NCBI GenBank assembly: GCA_964016885.1
Contig: OZ024742.1
Coordinates: 171,306,001-171,370,000, forward strand
DNA: 64,000 nucleotides
Origin: Eledone cirrhosa
Lineage: Eukaryota
Reading direction: 5' to 3'
Shown here: positions 28,549-41,286 of the stretch, in pieces
Layout of the letters: every line of letters begins with the position of its first letter
Position numbering within the stretch: position 1 is the first letter of the stretch
Position numbers and translations under genes: made by a program
The notes under the pieces: model-generated
Told to the model about the DNA's origin: nothing
What the model saw: only the letters and a program-made list of their open reading frames with translations
Databases searched by the model: none

Positions 28549-28814
28549 TAAGTATGTATACGTACATACATATATATATACAGACGTATAGTAGTATGTA
28601 TATACATACATACATGCACACATATATATATATATGTACGTATGGGTTTACCGAACATTTATTATAATGTTCGGTTTGTTTGTAAACAAATAGCCCGAAT
28701 TAAGCCGTACAGTGTTCGGCAACCATCGTTGCCCTTTTGTTCAACACTGACAAAGAAACAATGAACTAGTTTCAGCACTGTATACCTTCCTGTTAATCGA
28801 TTGAACGTTTGAAA

Positions 28815-28861
<47 letters not shown>

Positions 28862-28870
<9 letters not shown>

Positions 28871-29595
28871 CGTAAAATAAGAAAATTATAAAATTAACTT
28901 ACTTACTAAAAAAGTAAGTTAATTTTATAATTTTCTTATTTTACGTCTCTCATATTATTGTTCTGCAACCCCATGCATTGAACCACATAGTTAATAAGAC
29001 AAAACCTATATATTTGCTAGCATTGATGTGCATCTGTGTGTATATAAATGTTACTAGATATAAATTCCTTATAATTATCTCCAATTCATTTATCGAGCAA
29101 TATTTGGCCATGACTGCTACTATGGTAGTAAGCTGGCCGCTGTCTTAATAACCACTCGCTTTCCACTGATTGACCTCGATGTCACGTGATTGATTCTTTT
29201 TGAATTTGCCACGGACGTAGAGGCAGTGATTTTCTCAATGGCTTGGAATCCAGTCCACGCATCGCTATTTCCATTCCACTGAATTATTTTTTTAATAAGT
29301 TTCCAGTGTCCTCGCTATGCCTGGAGACCTATACAGAAAAAGACTTTCCTGATGACGGAATGATTTTCTATAAATGTATTCGGAAAATATATTTACTCCA
29401 TTCCAGAAACTAATTAGTTGGAAGTGATTTTTTAGTAAATAAGTTAATTTTATAATTTTCTTATTTTACGTCTCTCATATTATTGTTCTGCAACCCCATG
29501 CATTGAACCACTTTGTTAATAAGACAAAACCTATATATTTGCTAGCATTCATATGCATCTGTGTGTATATAAATGTTACTAGATATAAATTCCTT

Positions 29596-29600
<5 letters not shown>
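28862..29600 (+). mobile_element. Retrozyme-like non-coding element: about 525-nt unit present 1.3 times plus a short inverted arm
   Basis: 28912-29073 is repeated directly at about 29437-29598; inverted arm 28862-28905; central hammerhead; flanked by (TA)n. Confidence 0.75.
29343..29425 (+). ncRNA. Type I hammerhead ribozyme
   Basis: ACTTTC-CTGATGA-cGGAATG..CATTCCa-GAAAC-TAATTA-GTT-GGAAGT; palindromic stem III; predicted cut after 29419. Confidence 0.85.
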
Positions 29601-29641
<41 letters not shown>

Positions 29642-29644
<3 letters not shown>

Positions 29645-29810
29645 CGAAGTAAATGTGGTAAGGAACCAGGTTGACCATAACGCACCAAAGTACTCAATAC
29701 TTAGGGCAGTAGTGTGGGTAATAGGAACAATTAAAACCCCGACGGCTGAGCTCAAGCCTAGCCGTCGAAACGGCTTGAGCTCAGCCGTCGGGGTCTTAAT
29801 TGTTCCTATA
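29642..29810. mobile_element. GACGGCT family fold-back insert in (TA)n
   Basis: Long minus arm 29642-29758 and short plus arm 29759-29810. Confidence 0.85.
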
Positions 29811-29845
29811 TATATATATATGTATATATATATATACTTTCCTTA

Positions 29846-29894
<49 letters not shown>

Positions 29895-29900
<6 letters not shown>

Positions 29901-29995
29901 ATACTTTGGGAGGGTCATGTTGCCAATAAGTATAACAATATCGGTTTCAACACACGATTTCAGATAAAGAATCTTGCTAAACAAATTCAGAAACG

Positions 29996-29999
<4 letters not shown>
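29895..29999. mobile_element. Tiny two-arm insert of the 18362 family
   Basis: ATTGTTATACTTTGGGAGGGTCAT (minus arm) plus AAGTATAACAATATCGGTTTCAACACACGATTTC (plus arm). Confidence 0.65.
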
Positions 30000-30058
<59 letters not shown>

Positions 30059-30063
<5 letters not shown>

Positions 30064-30760
30064 TAAAATAACAGATTAAAGTTTAAGCAAAGAATCGCTG
30101 CTTTCACCCCTAACGGGATCTTCTGAAACTAACAAAGTCAATCTGTAAACGCAGAACTGGATATTTCAGAAAACGTTGCAACCGGAGGAAGACAGGAAGA
30201 CGATACTTTGGTTCGTGGTAACGTTCGCTGGCAAAGAACGGGAAAAAACGAATAATGCGTCATTAATAGGAGCGGTGAAAAACAATTACGCGCAAAGACA
30301 AAACCACGTTTATGGTATAAAAGAGGTCGTAGACTAATGTTCTCTTAGGTGGTGCATAGAGACGTTCTCTGGCAATGAACGAAAAAACGTAGAGAATAAG
30401 TCATATGTGGAGCGTGGAGAACAATAGCACGCAAAGACAAAACCACGTAAATGGTATAGCAGAAATCGTAGACTAAAATTCTAACTAGGAGACCAAATGA
30501 ATCTCCGCTACAGAGTTAAGAACAAAGTAAATAAATACAATACAGAAGTAATAGAAACAAATAAATACATACACGCAAACAGATACGTACATACACAAGC
30601 ATACGCAAAACCTTACCATGGGTATACTAAACAACGCACATATAAATGTGTGTGTGTGTATGCTTGTGTACAAATAAATAAATAATTATATAAACGTATA
30701 TAAGTAAATAAATACGTATATAACAAGCGCACACGCATACCTACATATAAATACACGAAT
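30059..30760 (-). mobile_element. 3' UTR and CAGAAGA hammerhead of the Naiad-type PLE
   Basis: Homologous to 14222-14800 and 57450-57757. Confidence 0.8.
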
Positions 30761-31114
30761 ATATATATATATATATATATACATACATATAGCAAACATG
30801 AACATGCAGACATATTTATATATATAATTATATAATTACATTGAAAAATGACAAATTTCAATACCTTAAACATTCGATGCAATGTGTAGGTATAAACTAT
30901 GTATAAAAGAATTTAAAGTCCCATACTACGAAACAAATAACATAACTTTAATAAATTGAGATGATCGAAAGATCGGCATAATACGTTCGATCAGGTTTAG
31001 AAAACTATGTGATGAATGCAGCACACGTTTCTGTTTGATTAGAGCTCATTAGGAAATTATATTTCGCAAGAATAGGAAGTGAGTTGTCTATCTGTCTATT
31101 TATCTGCCTGTCTG

Positions 31115-31178
<64 letters not shown>

Positions 31179-31183
31179 TTGTC

Positions 31184-31500
31184 TATATTGTTATTGCCTC
31201 CTCCTTATTGAGGACGCCTTGTTTTGTAAACTCCCCCCCATTGTACTTGTCCCACTTTTGATGCCCTGGTGGCAAATAAAAGAAACATATCTATCTATGT
31301 GTGAATGGGCCTTCATTCTACATCAGACTATAGGTGAGGAAGATGAAAGACCAAGGCAGCACCCCTTCTCTGTGCTCCTGAGGAGAAGGGTTGCACACTT
31401 TTTTCGGGGGTGTGTGCGACCCCCCAAGGCGCCTCCTCTCTATTGAGGACTTTGTTATAAATTTTATTTTTTGTTATATTTTATTTTATTTTTATATATT
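31184..31500 (+). mobile_element. Two short 3'-end fragments of the Tx1-clade LINE following (TATC)n
   Basis: 31184-31289 is the 3' terminus (..GGCAAATAAAAGAAACA|TATCTATC); 31298-31500 is the ORF2 end plus partial UTR matching 41252-41450. Confidence 0.85.
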
Positions 31501-32604
31501 GACGATGCGCAAACACGCGCTCAGGCTGCGGCATCTCTACGTATTCCTCACCGGACAACCGGTGTGGGCCCCGTTCGTGAGGCGAGCCTTCCTACGAGCT
31601 GCAGTCCTGGGTCAAGCAGAGACCGAGGAAAATGGGCGACTGGCACATCGAATGTGCTCAGGCGCTCACAGCCCTCTGGCAGGCGGACCCGGCGATCAGT
31701 GGAGACTCCACTTCGTCATTCTATAGAGGGTTGGTCCGCAGCAAGTGCGACGACGCGCTCGGTGAAACTCTAGGCGTGGAGGAAGATGAACTGGCCAGTC
31801 TGTTCGGTAGGACCTTCCGCCCGGGACCGATGGACAACTTCCAAAAGTCCCTGGCCTGGCAGTGCTACCGAGGAGCTCTACCAGTTCGAGACAAGCTCTA
31901 CAGACATGGGCGCCCGGGCAGGGACCCTGCAAAAAAGATCTGTCCGAGGTGCGTGCGAGACGAAGAAACCGTCGCGCACGCATTCATACACTGCCCGGGC
32001 GTCACTGACCTGTGGGGATATGTAGAACGACTATTGTCGCGGGTGGGACCAATCCAGTTGACCACCGAGTCCATTGTCATGATCAAACCGCCACCCTCCT
32101 TCAAAAACGAAGGAGAGGCGGTTTTCCTTTGTGTGATAGCTATGGCGAAAGAGGTTGTATGGTGGACAAGGTTGAAAGGGCTGAGGTCAGACACCTTTCT
32201 CTCCGGCCAACAACTGATTCTTTTTTTCAAATACCACTTTGGAAGAAGAATCAGGATGGAGAGAGAGGTGCTGTACCCCAGCAAGTTTTATGAAAGGTGG
32301 GTGAAAGTGGCGAGAATGGCCCGAGTGAATGGGCCTTCTCTCTATATCAGCCTGTAGGTTGAGGAAAAGGAGGAGGAGAGGAAAGGAGTACAAGCTCTTC
32401 GTACTCCTGGAGATGAGGGTTGCACATTTTTTTTCGAGGGTATGTGTTACCCATATAAACTGTCTCCCTCTATTGGGGAAAATCGACTAACTTTTAAATT
32501 CCATCTGTGATAACATTTTACACGTTTTTATTGTATGTAAACTTCCCCCTTTGTATTTGTCCCCTTCTTTTTTGCCCCTGTGGCTAATAAAGAAATCTAT
32601 CTAT
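31501..32604 (+). mobile_element. 5'-truncated Tx1-clade LINE, subfamily B (ORF2 C-terminus, distinct 3' UTR)
   Basis: ORF2 C-terminal CPRC..EETVAHAFIHC to the stop at 32357; ends GGCTAATAAAGAAA|TCTATCTATC. Confidence 0.9.
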
Positions 32605-35600
32605 CACAAGAAACAAAAAACTGTTAAACATTCTGTACAACAACAATCTAATAAAAACACAAGGGCCTAACTTCACCCAGGCAGGGGATTTCCCCCACCG
32701 CAAAATGATTAAGGCCCCACAGGACACCTATAAAACTTTAAAAAACAATTTTAAAGAGGACGTGGGTCCCCCCTGCGTCGGGCCCCTTAACCGCGTCCTC
32801 CTAAAAAACTATCCCACTCCCTCCCCAAACACCCACACAACTCGAAGCTCCCCAACCACACAACACACTGATGCCCCCACACTTCCACAAACCACCACCC
32901 CACCCAACAACCCATCCCCCACCCTAATGGAAATTGTGCAGCCCGATACCCGGGACGCAGAGAGGTAAGTGCCTTTTCTCTTCACCACCAACATGGCTAT
33001 GCTAAGAGTAGGCTGTTTAAATGCGCGTGGCCTGGGCTCAACTTGGAAGCAAGCAATGCTTCTAAATGACCTCAGGTCACAACGTATAGATGTGATGGTT
33101 ATTTGCGAGGCCCGGATCAGCAACGTGCGACAGCTGGCCCCCACCTTTGATGACTTTGAGATGCACGCATCTCTCTGTCAGCCCGGAGGTGGAGTGGAGT
33201 TGTCGTTCTGCTGCAAAAACATCTGGGTCTCGCAACACAGATGGTACATTTGGACCCGGAGGGTCGACTAGTGGTTCTGGACCTTGGCAGTGGTAAAGGC
33301 GGAGCGTTTAGGTTGGTAGCCGCCTACGGCCCTTTCGGGTCAATGCGGCCGGACTTCTTCCTTCGTCTGGAGACTTTTCTAGGGACGTCCCGCTCCTTGC
33401 TATTAGTGGGGGACTGGAATGGTATCCTAGATGCACGCTGGGACTACGTAGGGGCCTGCCCTGATAGAGAGGGGTGTAATAGCCTCAAAGGGTTAATCGG
33501 TCGATTTGACCTGGCCGATAGATATCGACTAGATTTTCCGACTGCGCCAACCTGGACTTGGGCAAATCGTAGCGGATCATCTAGGTCGTACCTAGATAGG
33601 TTCTTAGTTAGAATTAAGGATAAGGACTTTTTAAGTTGTCCAAAAATGCGCATGGTTGGCTATTCAGACCACAAATTAGTGACCTGCATGGTCAACCTTG
33701 ACAGAACTCATAGACAGGGCCCCGGTTACTGGAAGCTCAACTTGTCCTTGCCGGCAAGTAGAGCCTACAGGAATCGGATTAGTACGTTAGTTAAGGAACG
33801 GTTGACTGGAGCGATCGTCAACAGCAGGTGGTGGGTATCTCTAAAGAGAGAGATTAGAGTAGTCTCGATAGAATTTAGTAAGGTTCTAGCTGCGGATAGG
33901 AATAGGAAGGAAAGGGAGCTAATAGATAGAGTAGAAGAGGCAATTAGAAGCGGCGACGTGGCCAGAGTGCTAGCGTCGAGAACGGTTTTGAGCCAGTTTT
34001 TCGACGCGAAGCACGAAGGCTGCGTTGTCCGAAGTAAAATACGTGCTCTAGGGAACGAGGGGACCAAAGCTGTTAGCTGGGCCCGCGTGACAGAGGCCAA
34101 CAGTGGAACTAAATCCACCATCCGGTCTTTGCGAGACCTGGATGGACGGGCGATTCTTGAGCCTAAGCAGATGTGTGAGGCCTTTCAAAGGCACTTTGCC
34201 CGACTGTTCGGGAGGGGCGGGGAGCCGGTTGGGAACGTGGACTTCGGTCCATACCTCGACGGCCTGCCGCGCCTCTCGGACAGGGAGGCGAAGTCCTGCG
34301 AGGAGCCAATTTCGGCCGCTGAGATAGAGGACGTGCTGAGCCAATGCGGCAAACGCAAATCCCCGGGTCTCGATGGTCTTCCTTACGAATTATATCTAGC
34401 TATGCCGGACTTGTTCCCCGATCTCCTCGAGGCGGTCTACTGCAACTGGCAACAGAACGGGAGAATTCCCTGTACTGTGAACAAGGGCGTAGTCACGCTA
34501 GTGAGGAAGGACGAGAACAAGGGGGACGAAATAAGTAACTTCAGGCCCATAACTCTGCTAAATACAGAGTTACAGATTTTGGCCAACGTGCTAGCAAAGA
34601 GGTTGGCGCTTGTCGTGGGCAACCTGGTGGGAGATGCGCAGACATGCGCTATCCCGTCCAGGTCCATCCATGACAACCTCCACCTCATGCGATACATCAT
34701 AGAGAGGGTTGGGAACGAACCCGGCTTTGGTGGGGCTCTGATCAACTTGGATCAATCTAAGGCGTTCGATAGGGTCGACCATGGTTACCTGGATGCGGTG
34801 CTAGCGGCGGCAGGCTTCGGACCCGTTTTCAGGGGCTGGATCACTGCTATGCACAGCAGCCGCATCTGCTCTAGGGTCAAGGTGAACGGCTACCTCTCGG
34901 AGCCGTTCAAAATCGCGCGGTTCATCCGACAAGGGTGCCCTCTCTCCTCCCTTCTGTATGTGTTGACTCTCGAGCCACTACTGCGGAAGTTGGAGTTGTT
35001 GCAGGGCATCCCTTTGGAACCGGGATTGCGGAAAGCGGTGTCGGCCTACGCCAATGACGTGACAGTAATGGTGTCGACGGCCTCCGAAATCGAGGCGGTC
35101 GGCACCTTACTGGAGGAGTACGAAAAGTTCACAGGGGCTAAGCTGAACCGGGACAAGTCGATCGGTTTGCAACTCGGCACGTGGAGGGGCAGACCGATGC
35201 CCTCCGATGGCGTCGTCGGACGCTGGACGGAGGGCCCGGTGAAGTTGCTCGGGGTCTGGTTCGGACCGGACCTCCAGGTGGAGAAAAACTGGGCGGAGGT
35301 TACGAACAGGGTGTTTGCACTGACCCAGAAGTGGGCCAGTTGCAAACTATCCCTGAAAGGTCGGGCGGAGGTGGCGAACACCTACATAGCGTCCGTCATC
35401 TACTACCGCCTGACCGTAGTGCCCTGCCCAAGGGAAACCCTCACCAAGATGGAGCGCGCGCTCTTCCAATTCCTTTGGAAGAGGCGGGCTCCTATGGTGA
35501 GGAGATCCATCTGCTGTCAACACCCTTCGAAAGGAGGGCTGGGGATGCCGTGGCTAATGATGCGTAAACACGCATTAAGGCTACGGCACCTCTACGTATT

Positions 35601-36748
35601 CCTCACCGGACAACCAGTGTGGGCCTCGTTTGTGAGACGAACCTTTCCCAGACTCGTCTCACTCACCGAGCTGCAATCCTGGGTCAAGCAAAGACCGAGA
35701 AAACTGGGCGCCTGGCACACTGAGTGTGCCCAGGCGCTCACCGCCCTCTGTCAGGCGGATCCGGTTACCAGTGGAGACTCCACCGCAACATTATATAGAG
35801 GGCTGGTACGCAGCAGGTGCGACGACGCCCTCGGAGAAGCCCTAGACATGGAGGAGGACGAACTGGCCGGCCTGTTCGGTAGGACATTAAACCCGAGACC
35901 TATGGACAACTTCCAGAAGTCCCTGGCCTGGCAGTGCTACCGAGGAGCTTTACCCGTTCGAGAAAGGCTCTACAGACACGGGCGCCCGGGTAGGGACCCC
36001 GCCAAAAAGATCTGTCCCAGATGCGTGTGCGACGAGGAAACCGTTGCACACGCATTGGTACACTGCTCGGGCGTAGCCGATCTGTGGGGCTATGTCGAAA
36101 AACTGCTGTCAAGGGTGGGACCGATCCGGTTGACCACCGAGTCTATTGTAATGATCAAGCCGCCTCCCCCCTTCAAAGATGAAGCAGAGGCGGTGTTTCT
36201 GTGCGTAATAGCCATGGCGAAAGAGGTTGTATGGTGGACGCGTCTGAAAGGACTGAGGTCAGGCACCTTTCTCTCTGGCCAACAACTGGTCCGTTTCTTC
36301 CGATATCATTTCGGAAGAAGGATCAGGATGGAGAGAGAGGTGCTGCACCCCAGTCGTTTTTATGAAAGGTGGGTGAAAGTGGCGAGAATGGCCCGTGTGA
36401 ATGAGCCTTCTCTTTACATGAGCCTGTAGGTGGAAAAGAGGAAGGAACGAGGGAGCACCCCTCTCTGTGCTCCTGAGGAAAAGGGTTGCACACTTTTTTC
36501 GGGGGTGTGTGCGACCCCCCAAGGCGCCTCCTCTCTATTGAGGATTTTGTTATAAATTTTATTTTTTGTTATATTTTATAACAAGATCCTCTATTGAGGA
36601 TTTTGTTATAATTCTATTTTTTGTTATATTTTATTTTATTTTTATATATTGTTATTGCCTCCTCCCTATTGAGGACGCCTTGTTTCGTAAACTCCCCCCA
36701 TTGTACTTGTCCCACTTTTGATGCCCTTGTGGCAAATAAAAGAAACAT
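32605..36748 (+). mobile_element. Tx1-clade LINE copy C (5'-truncated within ORF1)
   Basis: Starts directly after TATCTATC, near-identical to copy D, ends in (TATC)n at 36749-36770. Confidence 0.95.
32993..36429 (+). pseudogene. Inactivated ORF2 (APE-RT-zinc finger) of copy C
   Basis: 1-nt deletion near 33190 relative to copy D; catalytic YADD reads YAND (35047-35058). Confidence 0.9.
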
Positions 36749-36770
36749 ATCTATCTATCTATCTATCTAT

Positions 36771-37824
36771 AAAAATCCACACCATCCTGCCGATTATGGA
36801 CATATGGTGGGTTTTGACAGGTTTTCTGGACCTGGAGGATGACATGCTGGTGTCCATGGGAAAGGCATCGGGTGACGCGTTCAGTGGAACGAGCCTCGAA
36901 CTTGTAGTTCAAATGAGGCCCGAAAGGATCGCCCAGATCCCTGAACGCGTCATACTGGATGATCTAACCTTCATCAACATTACCGTTGAGGGTAGACGGC
37001 CCTCGTGTTACCTCTGCGGAACCAGAGGTCACCTGAGGGCTGTCTGTCCCCAACTTAATAAGAAAACCCCAATCCTGCCCACACCACCAACAACTGCACA
37101 ACCAACACAATCACCACAACAACCACTACAAAAACAACCACCACAGCTCAAACCAAAACAAAACAATGTCCAACCCATCCCCTCCACTCAAAAAACAAAA
37201 ACAATTTCCAAAACACCCGTACCGCAAACACAACCCGAAAATATACCCCTCCCCTCCAACGCGGAAGATGACCCTAGTTCGTCGTCAGACGAGGAGGAGC
37301 ACTTCCACACAATCAAAAGAAAAAAAAGAAAACACACCTCAGACACACAAATGAAAAAAACCCCTCCCCAAAACATAACACTGACACCAACACAAAAGAG
37401 CTCACAACAGCAAACAAAAAACACCACACAAAAACAAAAACATGCATACACATACATAAATACAAGAAACAAAAAACTGTTAAACATTGTGTACAACAAC
37501 AATCTAATAAAAACACAAGGGCCTAACTTCACCCAGGCAGGGGATTTCCCCCACCTCAAAATGATTAAGGCCCCACAGGACACCTATAAAACTTTAAAAA
37601 ACAATTTTAAAGAGGACGTGGGTCCCCCCTGCGTCGGGCCCATTAACCGAGTCCTCCTAAAAAACTATCCCACCCCCTCCCCAAACACCCTCACAACTCC
37701 AAGCTCCCCAACCACACAACACACTGATGCCCCCACACTTCCACAAACCACCACCCCACCCAACAACCCATCCCCCACCCTAATGGAAATTGTGCAGCCC
37801 GATACCCGGGACGCAGAGAGGTAA
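36771..37824 (+). CDS. ORF1 (gag-like, N-terminally truncated): CCHC zinc knuckle and P/Q/T/K-rich disordered region
   Basis: CYLCGTRGHLRAVC fits CX2CX4HX4C, preceded by an L1/Tx1-like INITVEGRRP motif. Confidence 0.8.
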
Positions 37825-37848
37825 GTGCCTTTTCTCTTCACCACCAAC

Positions 37849-40800
37849 ATGGCTATGCTAAGAGTAGGCTGTTTAAATGCGCGTGGCCTGGGCTCAACTT
37901 GGAAGCAAGCAATGCTTCTAAATGACCTCAGGTCACAACGTATAGATGTGATGGTTATTTGCGAGGCCCGGATCAGCAACGTGCGACAGCTGGCCCCCAC
38001 CTTTGATGACTTTGAGATGCACGCATCTCTCTGTCAGCCTGGAGGTGGGGGTGGAGTTGTCGTTCTGCTGCAAAAACATCTGGGTCTCGCAACACAGATG
38101 GTACATTTGGACCCGGAGGGTCGACTAGTGGTTCTGGACCTTGGCAGTGGTAAAGGCGGAGCGTTTAGGTTGGTAGCCGCCTACGGCCCTTTCGGGTCAA
38201 TGCGGCCGGACTTCTTCCATCGTCTGGAGACTTTTCTAGGGACGTCCCGCTCCTTGCTATTAGTGGGGGACTGGAATGGTATCCTAGATGCACGCTGGGA
38301 CTACGTAGGGGCCTGCCCCGATAGAGAGGGGTGTAATAGCCTCAAAGGGTTAATCGGTCGATTTGACCTGGCCGATAGATATCGACTAGATTTTCCGACT
38401 GCGCCAACCTGGACTTGGGCAAATCGTAGCGGATCATCTAGGTCGTACCTAGATAGGTTCTTAGTTAGAATTAAGGATAAGGACTTTTTAAGTTGTCCAA
38501 AAATGCGCATTGTTGGCTATTCAGACCACAAATTAGTGACCTGCATGGTCAACCTTGACAGAACTCATAGACAGGGCCCCGGTTACTGGAAGCTCAACTT
38601 GTCCTTGCCGGCAAGTAGAGCCTACAGGAATCGGATTAGTACGTTAGTTAAGGAACGGTTGACTGGAGCGATCGTCAACAGCAGGTGGTGGGTATCTCTA
38701 AAGAGAGAGATTAGAGTAGTCTCGATAGAATTTAGTAAGGTTCTAGCTGCGGATAGGAATAGGAAGGAAAGGGAGCTAATAGATAGAGTAGAAGAGGCAA
38801 TTAGAAGCGGCGACGTGGCCAGAGTGCTAGCGTCGAGAACGGCTTTGAGCCAGTTTTTCGACGCGAAGCACGAAGGCTGCGTTGTCCGAAGTAAAATACG
38901 TGCTCTAGGGAACGAGGGGACCAAAGCTGTTAGCTGGGCCCGCGTGACAGAGGCCAACAGTGGAACTAAATCCACCATCCGGTCTTTGCGAGACCTGGAT
39001 GGACGGGCGATTCTTGAGCCTAAGCAGATGTGTGAGGCCTTTCAAAGGCACTTTGCCCGACTGTTCGGGAGGGGCGGGGAGCCGGTTGGGAACGTGGACT
39101 TCGGTCCATACCTCGACGGCCTGCCGCGCCTCTCGGACAGGGAGGCGAAGTCCTGCGAGGAGCCGATTTCGGCCGCTGAGATAGAGGACGTGCTGAGCCA
39201 ATGCGGCAAACGCAAATCCCCGGGTCTCGATGGTCTTCCTTACGAATTATATCTAGCTATGCCGGACTTGTTCCCCGATCTCCTCGAGGCGGTCTACTGC
39301 AACTGGCAACAGAACGGGAGAATTCCCTGTACTGTGACCAAGGGCGTAGTCACGCTAGTGAGGAAGGACGAGAACAAGGGGGACGAAATAAGTAACTTCA
39401 GGCCCATAACACTGCTAAATACAGAGTTACAGATTTTGGCCAAGGTGCTAGCAAAGAGGTTGGCGCTTGTCGTGGGCAACCTGGTGGGAGATGCGCAGAC
39501 ATGCGCTATCCCGTCCAGGTCCATCCATGACAACCTCCACCTCATGCGATACATCATAGAGAGGGTTGGGAACGAACCCGGCTTTGGTGGGGCTCTGATC
39601 AACTTGGATCAATCTAAGGCGTTCGATAGGGTCGACCATGGTTACCTGGATGCGGTGCTAGCGGCGGCAGGCTTCGGACCCGTTTTCAGGGGCTGGATCA
39701 CTGCTATGCACAGCAGCCGCATCTGCTCTAGGGTCAAGGTGAACGGCTACCTCTCGGAGCCGTTCAAAATCGCGCGGTCCATCCGACAAGGGTGCCCTCT
39801 CTCCTCCCTTCTGTATGTGTTGACTCTCGAGCCACTACTGCGGAAGTTGGAGTTGTTGCAGGGCATCCCTTTGGAACCGGGATTGCGGAAAGCGGTGTCG
39901 GCCTACGCCGATGACGTGACAGTAATGGTGTCGACGGCCTCCGAAATCGAGGCGGTCGGCACCTTACTGGAGGAGTACGAAAAGTTCACAGGGGCTAAGC
40001 TGAACCGGGACAAGTCGATCGGTTTGCAACTCGGCACGTGGAGGGGCAGACCGATGCCCTCCGATAGCGTCGTCGGACGCTGGACGGAGGGCCCGGTGAA
40101 GTTGCTCGGGGTCTGGTTCGGACCGGACCTCCAGGTGGAGAAAAACTGGACGGAGGTTACGAACAGAGTGTTTGCACTGACCCAGAAGTGGGCCAGTTGC
40201 AAACTATCCCTGAAAGGTCGGGCGGAGGTGGCGAACACCTACATAGCGTCCGTCATCTACTACCGCCTGACCGTAGTGCCCTGCCCAAGGGAAACCCTCA
40301 CCAAGATGGAGCGCGCGCTCTTCCAATTCCTTTGGAAGAGGCGGGCTCCTATGGTGAGGAGATCCATCTGCTGTCAACACCCTTCGAAAGGAGGGCTGGG
40401 GATGCCGTGGCTAATGATGCGTAAACACGCATTAAGGCTACGGCACCTCTACGTATTCCTCACCGGACAACCGGTGTGGGCCTCGTTTGTGAGACGAACC
40501 TTTCCCAAACTCGTCTCACTCACCGAGCTGCAATCCTGGGTCAAGCAAAGACCGAGAAAACTGGGCGCCTGGCACACTGAGTGTGCCCAGGCGCTCACCG
40601 CCCTCTGGCAGGCGGATCCGGTTATCAGTGGAGACTCCACCGCAACATTCTATAGAGGGCTGGTACGCAGCAGGTGCGACGACGCCCTCGGAGAAGCCCT
40701 AGACATGGAGGAGGACGAACTGGCCAGCCTGTTCGGTAGGACATTCAGCCCGGGACCTATGGACAACTTCCAGAAGTCCCTGGCCTGGCAGTGCTACCGA

Positions 40801-41286
40801 GGGGCTTTACCCGTTCGAGAAAGGCTCTACAGACACGGGCGCCCGGGTAGGGACCCCGCCAAAAAGATCTGTCCCAGATGCGTGTGCGACGAGGAAACCG
40901 TTGCACACGCATTAGTACACTGCTCGGGCGTAGCCGATCTGTGGGGCTATGTCGAACAACTGCTGTCAAGGGTGGGACCGATCCGGTTGACCACCGAGTC
41001 GATTGTAATGATCAAGCCGCCTCCCCCCTTCAAAGATGAAGCAGAGGCGGTGTTTCTGTGCGTAATAGCCATGGCGAAAGAGGTTGTATGGTGGACGCGT
41101 CTGAAAGGACTGAGGTCGGGCACCTTTCTCTCTGGCCAACAACTGGTCCGTTTCTTCCGATATCATTTCGGAAGAAGGATCAGGATGGAGAGAGAGGTGC
41201 TGCACCCCAGCCGTTTCTATGAAAGATGGGTGAAAGTGGCGAGAATGGCCCGTGTGAATGGGCCTTCACTCTACATCAGACTATAG
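37849..41286 (+). CDS. ORF2: APE endonuclease, reverse transcriptase and C-terminal zinc finger (L1/Tx1 clade)
   Basis: LNARGL, GDWN, LDRFLV, SDH, YWKLN; KSPGLDGLP, FRPITLLN, DQSKAFDRVDH, RQGCPLS, YADD; CPRC..EETVAHALVHC; ATG in CAACATGG context. Confidence 0.95.
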   Translation: MAMLRVGCLNARGLGSTWKQAMLLNDLRSQRIDVMVICEARISNVRQLAPTFDDFEMHASLCQPGGGGGVVVLLQKHLGLATQMVHLDPEGRLVVLDLGSGKGGAFRLVAAYGPFGSMRPDFFHRLETFLGTSRSLLLVGDWNGILDARWDYVGACPDREGCNSLKGLIGRFDLADRYRLDFPTAPTWTWANRSGSSRSYLDRFLVRIKDKDFLSCPKMRIVGYSDHKLVTCMVNLDRTHRQGPGYWKLNLSLPASRAYRNRISTLVKERLTGAIVNSRWWVSLKREIRVVSIEFSKVLAADRNRKERELIDRVEEAIRSGDVARVLASRTALSQFFDAKHEGCVVRSKIRALGNEGTKAVSWARVTEANSGTKSTIRSLRDLDGRAILEPKQMCEAFQRHFARLFGRGGEPVGNVDFGPYLDGLPRLSDREAKSCEEPISAAEIEDVLSQCGKRKSPGLDGLPYELYLAMPDLFPDLLEAVYCNWQQNGRIPCTVTKGVVTLVRKDENKGDEISNFRPITLLNTELQILAKVLAKRLALVVGNLVGDAQTCAIPSRSIHDNLHLMRYIIERVGNEPGFGGALINLDQSKAFDRVDHGYLDAVLAAAGFGPVFRGWITAMHSSRICSRVKVNGYLSEPFKIARSIRQGCPLSSLLYVLTLEPLLRKLELLQGIPLEPGLRKAVSAYADDVTVMVSTASEIEAVGTLLEEYEKFTGAKLNRDKSIGLQLGTWRGRPMPSDSVVGRWTEGPVKLLGVWFGPDLQVEKNWTEVTNRVFALTQKWASCKLSLKGRAEVANTYIASVIYYRLTVVPCPRETLTKMERALFQFLWKRRAPMVRRSICCQHPSKGGLGMPWLMMRKHALRLRHLYVFLTGQPVWASFVRRTFPKLVSLTELQSWVKQRPRKLGAWHTECAQALTALWQADPVISGDSTATFYRGLVRSRCDDALGEALDMEEDELASLFGRTFSPGPMDNFQKSLAWQCYRGALPVRERLYRHGRPGRDPAKKICPRCVCDEETVAHALVHCSGVADLWGYVEQLLSRVGPIRLTTESIVMIKPPPPFKDEAEAVFLCVIAMAKEVVWWTRLKGLRSGTFLSGQQLVRFFRYHFGRRIRMEREVLHPSRFYERWVKVARMARVNGPSLYIRL

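Noticed and set aside
33444-41205. Antisense and alternative-frame ORFs within the Tx1 copies
   Set aside because: They are shadow ORFs of the GC-rich ORF2, duplicated only because the copies are near-identical.
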